Counted from the first letter of the stretch, positions 48,758 to 57,447 are shown. The stretch: 64,000 nt of DNA from a virus (IMGVR_UViG_3300036761_001135:96001-160000); one strand, 5' to 3'. Notes: a model not told the origin generated them from the sequence alone. A program made the numbers and translations.

Positions 48758-49612
48758 ATGCGATCTTTGATCCGACAGTTGGAAGAAGCGTCTGGGGCGC
48801 GCATCACAATCGACACTGGTCCATACGAGAAACAAATCCGAGAGAGATTGCAGGATCTGTTCGATTACGTCATGGACAAATACAATGACGAGCAGGCGGG
48901 GAGGCGGCAACCGCATCCTCGCATGGGTCCGACGGAGAAGCCAGACTGGGACGTTGACAAAGAGGTTGCGAGGATTATTGAGGAGTCCCGCAAGGAAATT
49001 CAGACGCTGGTGCGACAGGTGGAAGCGGCGCTCGGTCGGTTGGAGAGTTGGGACAGCGGGATGCCGATTGTGATCCGTCCGATGCCTGGCATGGACGAAG
49101 TGTTTCACGATCAGATCTCTATAGATCCAGCAAAGAACATCGCGGTGGAGATGGGGACGGGGAGGGACAAACCTGGGTTTACGTTGTTCTTCGATGGCAC
49201 CATTGACGACGTTCTGGACGCCGGAGACCGTGACTTTTTCCGCGATCCGGCGGTGGAGACGGACTACTTCAACATTGTAAGTGAAATCGAAAAGCCGGGC
49301 AGTACGAAGCGGGCTGCGGGTAAGGTTGTCACAGTTTACACGGCGCGGCCGATTCGGGACAGAGCACAATATGAGCGTGCGACGACGATTCCGCATGCGG
49401 TGTTCCTGACCAATGATCTCGATACGGCGGTAGGCTATGCGCATGACCTGAGTGGTAGTGGTGGTCGAGACATCTACCGCATTCGGATCGACGAGCGGCA
49501 TCTGCGGGTGACATTGCAGAGTGGGCGCGTTCGTGAGTACCAAGTGATTGGCACGACAGGGAAGGTGCCCGTGGTAGAGATCGAACTGGTTGATATGATT
49601 TCAGCTCGGTAA
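48758..49612 (+). CDS. Leader-bearing protein with a C-terminal ADP-ribosyltransferase-like domain
   Basis: MRSLIRQLEE; VTVYTARP..VFLT.DLDTA.GYA..IYRIRI..EY. Confidence 0.55.
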   Translation: MRSLIRQLEEASGARITIDTGPYEKQIRERLQDLFDYVMDKYNDEQAGRRQPHPRMGPTEKPDWDVDKEVARIIEESRKEIQTLVRQVEAALGRLESWDSGMPIVIRPMPGMDEVFHDQISIDPAKNIAVEMGTGRDKPGFTLFFDGTIDDVLDAGDRDFFRDPAVETDYFNIVSEIEKPGSTKRAAGKVVTVYTARPIRDRAQYERATTIPHAVFLTNDLDTAVGYAHDLSGSGGRDIYRIRIDERHLRVTLQSGRVREYQVIGTTGKVPVVEIELVDMISAR

Positions 49613-49648
49613 AATAGCGCGTACTGCTATCAAGGAGCTTTTGAACCA

Positions 49649-50020
49649 ATGAGACATCTTCTGCGACGGCTAGAAGAGGCCACGGACGCGCCTTTGGCGA
49701 CGATCACGGTGCGGGTGGTGGACGGCGCGCAGGCGCGGGCGCAGGACCAGTCGTTCGCGGTAGGCGGGCACCACGAGGTGTACCCGTGGATTCCACAGGA
49801 CGAGGTCTGGATCGAGCGTGGGTCGGATGGGCCGGACCGCACGGCGATCCTTGTCCACGAGCTGGTGGAGTGGGCGCTCATGCGGTGGGATGGGCTGGCC
49901 TACGACCGGGCGCACCAATTAGCCAACGCGGCGGAGGAGGCGGTGCGGTTGCGGGTCGGGGTGAAGGACGGGGAGACGCGATCTGCTCCGGCGGGCCTGC
50001 CGGTGGGAGAGGGCAAGTGA
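49649..50020 (+). CDS. Leader-bearing metal-binding (zincin-like) protein
   Basis: MRHLLRRLEE; EVWIE..ILVHELVE..Y..AH (HExxE variant). Confidence 0.6.
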   Translation: MRHLLRRLEEATDAPLATITVRVVDGAQARAQDQSFAVGGHHEVYPWIPQDEVWIERGSDGPDRTAILVHELVEWALMRWDGLAYDRAHQLANAAEEAVRLRVGVKDGETRSAPAGLPVGEGK

Positions 50021-51312
50021 TGCGACAGCTCATTCGACGCTTGGAAGAGGCGGCTCCGGCTCCTGGATCCAAGGAGTGGCTGGCAGGGGTCAAGAAGTGG
50101 TGGGGGCAGTGGGTTGAAGACGCTGATCGGATTTCAAAAATTCGAGATCAACAGGATCGTCGGCAGGTTCGGGCGTGGTTTGTCGATGGTGAGAAGCGTT
50201 TGAACATGCTTGTGGACGTTTTAGTACGTCGGGCGAATCTCGTAACAGCGCCAGCCCTGGCGAGTATTACGACGGGGGACGACAACCGAGAGTACAAAGA
50301 TGGAGTGGGGCGTTTGAAGGTGCCGCGCTCATATAGTGTGCTTGGATTCAAGGTTAAGCCTGAGCCAGGGGATTTAGTGCATTCGCACTTGCAGGCGGCT
50401 TTGGATTCATTGGGCAATGTGCAGGATCATGAGCAGGATCGCTGGGTAGACATGCAAAGACGCCCGGATGAGAGGGACTGGGGAACGACGGGCGATTTAG
50501 ACGAGTGGCAAGCTTACTTGGAGATTATGCCGCATAACATTTCTGGAGTTGATGCGGACGTGCAGGCGGCGATGCGTAAGTTTGCAATGCAAATGAAGTC
50601 GGAACCTAATCGGGAGAGCGTCATAAACGACGCAATTCCGTTGGATTATGATTTGGGTGGCATGAAAGTGCTTACCAACCCTGGGTCATTGAGTAGTCTG
50701 TATTCTGCTGTCACTGGGGATGAGCAGGACGATATGGAAAATGCGATGGTGGATGCTGCCACGTCGAAGGAGGTTCGTGCCGGGTTGATGCTGGCACAGA
50801 GAGCATTGGAACAGCGTGGTTTTGGTAAGGTTTGGCATGGAAAAATCTATGTGTTGCCACCTCGTCTGGCGGCTACTTTTACGAAAGCTAAGACCAGGCA
50901 GTCATTCTTGTCTGGCGGTCATTACGATCACAGCAAAGATATTGTTGTTATAAATCCAAGGCATAACTGGAAGGCAACGACCATCTCCGAGATCGTGGTA
51001 CACGAACTAGGGCATCGCTACTGGTACAGATTCATGAAGGCGGGCGCGCGGGCGCGATTTGCGGCATGGTTCGACCCACGCACCAAGGCGGAACAAGATC
51101 GAGCTGGAGCGAAGTCCGAGTATGTGCCAGCGCCGACGGCGTATGGATCAGAGAGTCCGGTCGAGGAGTTTGCAGAGACCTTCGCAGCCTACGTGCTGGG
51201 AAAATACGAGGGCATAACGCTGACGGGGCCACAGAAGGCACGGTTCGAGGCGTTGGCCCTTGGTAGGGCAGCACAGAGCGAAGACGTGGAAGAGGCGCTG
51301 GGCAAAGACTAG
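50020..51312 (+). CDS. Leader-bearing zinc metallopeptidase
   Basis: MRQLIRRLEE at ATG 50020; VHELGH and YG...P.EEFAETFA.Y. Confidence 0.75.
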   Translation: MRQLIRRLEEAAPAPGSKEWLAGVKKWWGQWVEDADRISKIRDQQDRRQVRAWFVDGEKRLNMLVDVLVRRANLVTAPALASITTGDDNREYKDGVGRLKVPRSYSVLGFKVKPEPGDLVHSHLQAALDSLGNVQDHEQDRWVDMQRRPDERDWGTTGDLDEWQAYLEIMPHNISGVDADVQAAMRKFAMQMKSEPNRESVINDAIPLDYDLGGMKVLTNPGSLSSLYSAVTGDEQDDMENAMVDAATSKEVRAGLMLAQRALEQRGFGKVWHGKIYVLPPRLAATFTKAKTRQSFLSGGHYDHSKDIVVINPRHNWKATTISEIVVHELGHRYWYRFMKAGARARFAAWFDPRTKAEQDRAGAKSEYVPAPTAYGSESPVEEFAETFAAYVLGKYEGITLTGPQKARFEALALGRAAQSEDVEEALGKD

Positions 51313-51394
51313 CCATGACGTCCTCGACGCGGCATACTGGCTGCCTGATGGTGTTGTCACCCCGCTGTGAGGCGGTCGAGCAAGGAGTATCCCC

Positions 51395-51775
51395 ATGACC
51401 GAGCAGTACAAGGCGTTGAACTATGCGGACGGCATGCGCGGGCTGCTGCGGTCCCTGGAGGAAGCCCTCACGGGGCGCTACACGTTCGTGTTCAAGCCGG
51501 TGAAGGAGCGCGTGGGGGCGACAGGCCCGGACAAGACGCTGATCGCGCACCCCACCAAGAAGGTGAGCGTAGAGATCTATTACTACGAGAAGCCGGATCG
51601 GTGGAGCGCGACGATCTTCGATGGGGATGCCGAGGAGGAGTTCACACCGGACTACATCGTGGGCGGCCAGGCGTTCGCCAAGGGGCTCACGCAGTCCGAG
51701 GCGGAAGAGGCGGCGATTGAGATCACGTTGAAGTACCTGGGGGACAAACGACGCAAGGGCTGGCGGGAGCCGTAG
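51395..51775 (+). CDS. Leader-bearing hypothetical protein (MRGLLRSLEE at 51434)
   Basis: SD AAGGAG. Confidence 0.7.
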   Translation: MTEQYKALNYADGMRGLLRSLEEALTGRYTFVFKPVKERVGATGPDKTLIAHPTKKVSVEIYYYEKPDRWSATIFDGDAEEEFTPDYIVGGQAFAKGLTQSEAEEAAIEITLKYLGDKRRKGWREP

Positions 51776-51803
51776 GGGCGGAGAGCGTTCGACGGCGATC
51801 CGA

Positions 51804-51959
51804 TCACAAGCGCAGGTGTCCCAGATTCCCCGTGAGCAGTAGGATGAGCAGGATGAGCATGATGATGCCCAGGGGGGACCAGCCGAGGGGATGGCCTTGT
51901 ATCCCGCCGAAGAGGGCCACGACGATCAGGACGATGACCAGGATGACCAGTATCGACAT
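51804..51959 (-). CDS. Small two-TM membrane protein (DUF3309-like)
   Basis: MSILVILVIVLIVVALFGGIQGHPLGWSPLGIIMLILLILLLTGNLGHLRL, with SD AAGGAG on the minus strand. Not in the ORF track. Confidence 0.75.
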   Translation of the reverse strand: MSILVILVIVLIVVALFGGIQGHPLGWSPLGIIMLILLILLLTGNLGHLRL

Positions 51960-51998
51960 GCCGTACTCCTTTCAGCTCGCCTGGTAACAGTGTAGCAC

Positions 51999-52014
51999 GC
52001 GAACCTGGGTTCGT
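51999..52014. repeat. 16-bp palindrome, copy 10 (GCGAACCTGGGTTCGT)
   Basis: Between divergent genes; extends to CAC..GTG. Confidence 0.9.
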
Positions 52015-52084
52015 GTGGTTCTCACCAATCGGCAGCGGTGGCATGTCCGGGGTGGCAAACGATATTTTGTGATAAACTTGGGGG

Positions 52085-52462
52085 ATGAAAACGTTGACCT
52101 TGAAGACGCGACCACCCAAGAGCCCACCGGAGAATTGCGGAAGCGGAAGCGGAGAGTGTACCGACTTCTTTCTACGCATTACTGAGACGATGGAGGCGAT
52201 CCGTGAGGAACAGCGGACTCTACGTCGAAGTGTACTGGCCATGGAGGGGAGGTTGGCGACCTTGGAGGTACAGGGCCAAAAGCTGGGACATCAAATCCGG
52301 CAGTCGGACATGGTCTCTCGCCAGTTGCCTGTGATGCAGGAACGTGCGGTAGAGAAGTTGCCCCAACGGTCGGGTGCGCCGTTCATCGGAATTGTGATAG
52401 GGGTTGCGATAGTGGTTGTTATCGTGCTTGCTGCTTGGATCGGGCTGTTCAATGGGTTCTAA
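52085..52462 (+). CDS. Coiled-coil protein with C-terminal TM
   Basis: Heptad region and hydrophobic tail. Confidence 0.55.
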   Translation: MKTLTLKTRPPKSPPENCGSGSGECTDFFLRITETMEAIREEQRTLRRSVLAMEGRLATLEVQGQKLGHQIRQSDMVSRQLPVMQERAVEKLPQRSGAPFIGIVIGVAIVVVIVLAAWIGLFNGF

Positions 52463-52474
52463 AAAACATGGAAG

Positions 52475-52503
52475 TTGACGAACCATTTGCTATCGGTTAG
52501 ATT
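52475..52503 (+). promoter_or_regulatory. sigma70-like promoter
   Basis: TTGACG-N17-TAGATT. Confidence 0.65.
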
Positions 52504-52559
52504 TGGCGAGCGATGCCTGGCATGATGTTGGGCTGATACACAAGGAATTGGGTGAATCC

Positions 52560-52784
52560 ATGAGTGACGAGAGCACGGGAGAGAAGGCGGCTAAGGCTGC
52601 GGCGGCGGGTGCGGCGGGCGCAGCGGCTGGGTACGGCGTGGTTGCGGCTACGGGAATGACAGCGGTGGGCATGATGGGTGGTGGCGCGGGTATTGGTGCG
52701 GCGGCCGGGCCGGTGGGCGCGGCAGCCGGAGCCTTGTTTGGCCTGGCAAGCTACGGTCTCTATCGGTTGTTCGACAGCGATTGA
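52560..52784 (+). CDS. Glycine-zipper membrane peptide
   Basis: GAAGAAAG, GAGIGAAAGPVGAAAG. Confidence 0.65.
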   Translation: MSDESTGEKAAKAAAAGAAGAAAGYGVVAATGMTAVGMMGGGAGIGAAAGPVGAAAGALFGLASYGLYRLFDSD

Positions 52785-52794
52785 GAGGTCACGG

Positions 52795-53538
52795 ATGGCG
52801 CGACGTTTGAAATATGTGCAGACAGATCAGTTGGACATCTTTGCACCTGCACCGCCTCTTCCAAAGCCGATTGTGACGGTGCCGCAGGAAGTTGTGCAGG
52901 AGCCACCTACACCTGAACCACCGTTGGTCAAGGCACTTGTAAATGGCGAGACAGTGTTGACAGGGGAGGGATGGAAGCCGATTGAGAGTACCATGATTGG
53001 AGATCGTGTTGCTGGGGCTGACGGGGCGCTCCATGTCGTGACAGGAATCTATCCACCCATCTGTGCGGCGTTGCCAGAGTCGATGTTGAACGTGGCGGTT
53101 GAGGTTGTCGTTCCAGATGTGATAATCGAGCCACATGTTGAGACAGTTGCAGATGTGGATTCTGTAGCGAGTAGTGCTGAAGCCGTGATAGCGATGGCTA
53201 TCGCACGGTGGGAGACCTTAGTTCACTTGTGGGAAGGTGGAACGCCAGAGGTGTGTGCTCCCTACGTTGGGAATGCGGAAGGAAATCGCCCGTGGAAGGC
53301 GCGTTGGATGTCTACTGCCGATGCCGAGCGCGTGCTTGCGATGGCTCAGTACACATTGCATTGCCATCACGAGGGGCCGTTTCCGGGAGGTGGAGGACCA
53401 CGTCGTGCGAAGGTTTGGAGGCGTGCCGACTCGGACAAGAGGACGTTTGCGGCTCCACTGGCAGTGGTTGCTGTTGAGTTGGGCGTGCCAGAGCTGTTGG
53501 ATTCCATCGCCGTGGCCCGTCGGAATCCTGTTCCTTGA
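52795..53538 (+). CDS. Hypothetical protein with an intein N-terminal-like fragment
   Basis: KALVNGETVLTGEGWKPIE...GDRV.GADG....VTGIYP; SD GAGG. Confidence 0.6.
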   Translation: MARRLKYVQTDQLDIFAPAPPLPKPIVTVPQEVVQEPPTPEPPLVKALVNGETVLTGEGWKPIESTMIGDRVAGADGALHVVTGIYPPICAALPESMLNVAVEVVVPDVIIEPHVETVADVDSVASSAEAVIAMAIARWETLVHLWEGGTPEVCAPYVGNAEGNRPWKARWMSTADAERVLAMAQYTLHCHHEGPFPGGGGPRRAKVWRRADSDKRTFAAPLAVVAVELGVPELLDSIAVARRNPVP

Positions 53539-53542
53539 CACG

Positions 53543-53570
53543 TTGACGAACACACGCCAGCGGTTAAATT
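53543..53570 (+). promoter_or_regulatory. sigma70-like promoter
   Basis: TTGACG-N16-TAAATT. Confidence 0.55.
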
Positions 53571-53622
53571 AAGGGCAGATTCCTGGCGTTGATGCCAGGT
53601 GAGGTGGACCAAGGAGAAGCAC

Positions 53623-53928
53623 ATGGAAATCAGGAACGAGGCAGAGGCGCGGGCCTGGGTGCGCGCGTGGCAGCAGGACGGCGGACTTCGGATCGGCATC
53701 CTGAAGGCGGCGATGGACGGGATGCGGACGTGCGTGGGGCTGACCTACAAGACGCCGGACACGCAGGCGGCGTACCAGGCGGCGCTGACCTACCTGGACG
53801 GGGTGCTGGCCGAGCTGGAGATCCAGCGGGAGCAGGCGGCGCGCGATTACGAGCGCATGGAAGAGGCGAGACAGGACTTGGCGGAGGCCCGGACGGACCG
53901 GATCTCGAACGGGTATCGAAACTGGTAA
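53623..53928 (+). CDS. Hypothetical helical protein
   Basis: SD AAGGAG. Confidence 0.65.
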   Translation: MEIRNEAEARAWVRAWQQDGGLRIGILKAAMDGMRTCVGLTYKTPDTQAAYQAALTYLDGVLAELEIQREQAARDYERMEEARQDLAEARTDRISNGYRNW

Positions 53929-53938
53929 AGGAGAAGTT

Positions 53939-54268
53939 ATGAGCGACGAAAATGAAGCTGAAATGAATCCAAATGAAGTAGTAGAGGCATTTGCTGTTCT
54001 ATGCCCAGAGTGCCTAAAGATGGGAAGACGTAGTGAATACAATACGTCTGCTGTGCTATATGTACACTACACAGAAGAGTGGATACATAGCCTTGTAATA
54101 GATTGTGATGACACTTCTGATCATGTAGTGAAGATTGAAGGGGCTTGGACCAATCCGATAGTCAAAGATGTATTGGCGCGGTTTGGTCTAACGAAGCGCA
54201 AGATCATGGCAGAGCATGCAAAACGAATGGCGAAGAAGGAGGTGCCCCATTTGCAAGCTGTTCACTGA
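53939..54268 (+). CDS. Hypothetical protein (lower GC)
   Basis: SD AAGGAG; CPEC. Confidence 0.6.
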   Translation: MSDENEAEMNPNEVVEAFAVLCPECLKMGRRSEYNTSAVLYVHYTEEWIHSLVIDCDDTSDHVVKIEGAWTNPIVKDVLARFGLTKRKIMAEHAKRMAKKEVPHLQAVH

Positions 54269-55373
54269 AATCAATCCTGGGCAGTCGGGATGGTACTGGC
54301 ACGAGGGCCGCGTGATCGAGGTGGTGCGGCACGCGGACGGGACGTTGTGGGTGTTCTGGCGGGTCGAGGGGAAGGATCCCCGGTTGGACTTCCCGACAGG
54401 CCCACGGTGCTCGTCGCCCGAGGAGGACAATGCACTGTATCAACGGTTGCTGGCGACGGATGATCGGCTTAGGACGACGGCACAAGTGCTCATCGAAGCT
54501 GTTGGAGCCGAGGGACCGTGCGATGCGGAAGACGCGGCGGCTCGTGCCGTTGAGCATCTCGAAAAGATGACGGAAGCGCGGGATGCGTTGGCGGCCAAGG
54601 CCAGTCGGTGGCAGGAGGAGTACGATCATCTCAAGGTGCTGTGGAATGAGGCGGCTGCCGTAGCCAGGAAGAATTGCCCGACTGCGCTTGGCGAGGACTA
54701 TCTCATACATGGCGTGCCTCGGCTGGCGTCGCTACTGAAGGATGCGCAGATCGAGAACGAGCGGTTGCGTGGGGTGCTCCAACAGGAGAAGGCAGATCGT
54801 GAGAGGGCGTGGATTGCCAACTGGCGCTTCACGATCTCGGTCGAGTCCAGCGAGCCCCAGCGGCCGGGTCCGTACAACCGCGTCACTGCGATCATTGCGG
54901 ACATCGGGCACGCGGATCGCGGCGTGATCCTGGATCCCGAGGTGCCGTTGGTGCCCGCCAGCGATGTGGTCGCGTTGAAGGCCGAGGTCGAGCGGCTCCA
55001 GGGGGCGCTAGATGCGGAGAAGGCTTACTACGCCTGCCTCCAGGGGGAGTTTAATCGGGCGGTGGCGTTGGCGCAGGAGCACTGTCCCAAGCCGGAGTTG
55101 GGGCAGTCCTGGTTGATGGCGGGCATCCCCTTGTTGGCCCAGCGGGCGGCGGCGCTAGAGGTTGAGGTAGCGCGGCTCCAGGGGGAGCTAAGTGACGAGG
55201 AGTGCGATGCTGCCTACTGGCGGGAACAGGCTGCCAAGGCAGCCGCACGGGAGCGGGCGGCGATTGTGGCGTGGCTAAGAAGAGACGAAAATGAACTTAG
55301 ACTTTTAGGAATGAGAACACTGACCTACAGAATTGAGCTGGGCGAGCACTGGCCCACGGAGGAGAAGCCATGA
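54216..55373 (+). CDS. Coiled-coil early protein with an internal duplication
   Basis: CP..LG...L..G(V/I)P.LA x2 and E(V/N)ERL repeats; start uncertain. Confidence 0.6.
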   Translation: MQNEWRRRRCPICKLFTEINPGQSGWYWHEGRVIEVVRHADGTLWVFWRVEGKDPRLDFPTGPRCSSPEEDNALYQRLLATDDRLRTTAQVLIEAVGAEGPCDAEDAAARAVEHLEKMTEARDALAAKASRWQEEYDHLKVLWNEAAAVARKNCPTALGEDYLIHGVPRLASLLKDAQIENERLRGVLQQEKADRERAWIANWRFTISVESSEPQRPGPYNRVTAIIADIGHADRGVILDPEVPLVPASDVVALKAEVERLQGALDAEKAYYACLQGEFNRAVALAQEHCPKPELGQSWLMAGIPLLAQRAAALEVEVARLQGELSDEECDAAYWREQAAKAAARERAAIVAWLRRDENELRLLGMRTLTYRIELGEHWPTEEKP

Positions 55374-55711
55374 AACAAGTACCATTGCTACCGATGATGT
55401 TGGTGGTGTTCGTGCTCGGCAGCGTGATTCTTGGCGCGGTATGTGGAAAGTGGGTACAGGCTGCGGACGATGAGGTTGCGGCGTTAAAGGAGAGTGTGTC
55501 CGATCTAGAGCAAGACCTAGTGGATTGTCAGATTCAGTTGCGGGGTGCGATGCTGGAATCGGACAAGCGCAAACAGGGTGCTCTCGGAGCAGCTAACATG
55601 GTGAAGGGTGAAGATGTGTATCTCAGATGTCCCGATGGAGAGCGATGCAGTCGCATCTTTCTGGATGCGGAGAACCGCGTGCAGATCGAGCCATATTTGG
55701 AGGAACCATGA
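55370..55711 (+). CDS. Membrane-anchored hypothetical protein
   Basis: N-terminal TM, SD GGAGG and ATGA overlap. Confidence 0.6.
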   Translation: MKQVPLLPMMLVVFVLGSVILGAVCGKWVQAADDEVAALKESVSDLEQDLVDCQIQLRGAMLESDKRKQGALGAANMVKGEDVYLRCPDGERCSRIFLDAENRVQIEPYLEEP

Positions 55712-56214
55712 GCGAATGTGAGATCGAAAAAGACGGGGAGTATGTCGGGCGGTATGAGTGCGCGACGCATGGCGTTTGGTATTGCGACTCGGACACAAAG
55801 CCCAAGGAGTCGTGTCCCGTCGGCGAGGCCGAAGAGGGATTGCGGCGCGAGGTAGAGCGGCTCACCAAGATGCTGGAGGTGTGTTCCGTTACGCATAGCC
55901 ATAACGTGGAACTCAAGACCGAGGTCGAGCGGCTCAAGATCGAGACCTATTGCGGGGACCGTGGATGCGGTTTCCGTTTGGACGCGCCGGACGCGACGAC
56001 GCAGATCGGGGCGCACATCGGGACGTGTTCCAAACATCCGATGCGAGTTGTGGAAGCGGAGAGAGATGATCTGAAGCGCGAGGTGGCGCAGTTGCATGCC
56101 GAGATCTTCGGGTTGAAGCCGTATGTGTATCAGGCTGAGGAGTTGCAAGCCGAGCTGAGGAAGATTCGGGAGGCGGTCGCCGAAGGAGCGCCCTTCTTGT
56201 TCTTGCCGGAGTAG
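55708..56214 (+). CDS. Cys-rich coiled-coil hypothetical protein
   Basis: SD GGAGG; HI..C.KHPM motif. Confidence 0.6.
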   Translation: MSECEIEKDGEYVGRYECATHGVWYCDSDTKPKESCPVGEAEEGLRREVERLTKMLEVCSVTHSHNVELKTEVERLKIETYCGDRGCGFRLDAPDATTQIGAHIGTCSKHPMRVVEAERDDLKREVAQLHAEIFGLKPYVYQAEELQAELRKIREAVAEGAPFLFLPE

Positions 56215-56216
56215 CC

Positions 56217-56441
56217 ATGAGCACGTCTATCGCAGACTACTTTAAGCTGTTGACCGATCACGACTGGACCTATCAGCACGCAGACGAATTCCGCGCATGG
56301 GTGAAGGGTGCGGAGGAGCGCCGCCGCCTGGAGTATCTAGCTTTGGGTAGTGAACAACGAGCGTCCCTCTACATAGCGTTCCGGGACTTCCACGCGGGGC
56401 TCAAGACGCAGCTCCCTACCTGCCCAGAGGAGGAGACATGA
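56217..56441 (+). CDS. Hypothetical protein
   Basis: L..HDW.Y...D motif common in small phage early proteins. Confidence 0.65.
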   Translation: MSTSIADYFKLLTDHDWTYQHADEFRAWVKGAEERRRLEYLALGSEQRASLYIAFRDFHAGLKTQLPTCPEEET

Positions 56442-56680
56442 CGACGGAAGAACAGGCGTGTACGCGATCTAGCCTGCTGGCTGCGGTGACCAAGGTGGTG
56501 GACGTCCTGCACCTGACAGATCCATACGCGATCCCGCCCATTGCGGTGGAGGCCGTGTACTTTCGTTTGGGGGACGTAGTGCAGTGGCCTCCAAGCCAAG
56601 GAGAAGTGCGTCACGCCATAGCGCTACGGATCGCGGAGATCCACCCGAGTAATCCAGTTGCGGAACACCTGCCGTTTTAG
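56438..56680 (+). CDS. Hypothetical protein
   Basis: SD AGGAGG; ATGA overlap. Confidence 0.55.
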   Translation: MTTEEQACTRSSLLAAVTKVVDVLHLTDPYAIPPIAVEAVYFRLGDVVQWPPSQGEVRHAIALRIAEIHPSNPVAEHLPF

Positions 56681-56810
56681 TTGTGAGGATGGGGGAAATA
56701 AAAAAAGCGACGCGCCAAGCTCAGTGTGGGGGGGACACCGGGGGTGCTCGGCGCATCGCAGGGGAAAAAGCTATCATCGCTTTTATCGAAAATCAAATTG
56801 AATTTGCGAC

Positions 56811-56826
56811 GCGAACCCGGGTTCGT
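56811..56826. repeat. 16-bp palindrome, copy 11 (GCGAACCCGGGTTCGT)
   Basis: Extends to CGAC..GTCG. Confidence 0.9.
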
Positions 56827-57356
56827 GTCGATTTTACCATGTGCAACGTCTTCGATATTTTATATGTGGTATTTAGCAACAGGTGATGTCTTTTGTAATT
56901 TCATGGAGTTACAGTACGATGTCGCTATTTGCTTGACACGACATTTGGATCAGGGCACATGGGGGGAGGCGAGCGCAGCGAGACGGGGGGCAGGCGCGGA
57001 TCCGAAGCTCTGAACGAAGCCGTCACCAACCCCGAATCCCCACATGCTTTTTTGATGTCTGAATCTTCAGAGCTGCGATTCACCGCCCCCCGGAAGGGGG
57101 GACGGCGCTGACCGCAGGGAAGCGCCGGGGGGGATCGATGGTTCTTGGGTTTAAGTAGAGATCCATTCAAAAAAACAGGTATCGGAAAAAACCAACAAAA
57201 GTCCACTGGTTAGGTACACATTTAAATAGGCACAGATAACAGTTTGTCAACAGTTGAGTTTTGTTGACAAACGACATGCGTTTTTCGGTTTGGCGCGTTT
57301 TGATCGGTTGACAAACGTGCATGAGCAGATCAACGTGTGGCTGGTTTTTGTGGCAG

Positions 57357-57372
57357 GCGAACCTGGGTTCGT
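57357..57372. repeat. 16-bp palindrome, copy 12 (GCGAACCTGGGTTCGT)
   Basis: Upstream of the BRO gene. Confidence 0.9.
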
Positions 57373-57447
57373 GTCTGTGGGTATTTGGAGTTGATGCGGT
57401 TCGTGGTGAGCCGCGTGGATTGATGGCTGAACAGATGGAGGTGATCG

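Noticed and set aside
51652-52242. 196-aa minus-strand ORF with His/Pro repeats
   Set aside because: The repeats arise from the Ile/Leu/Val codons of the 51-aa membrane gene in another frame, which has a proper SD.
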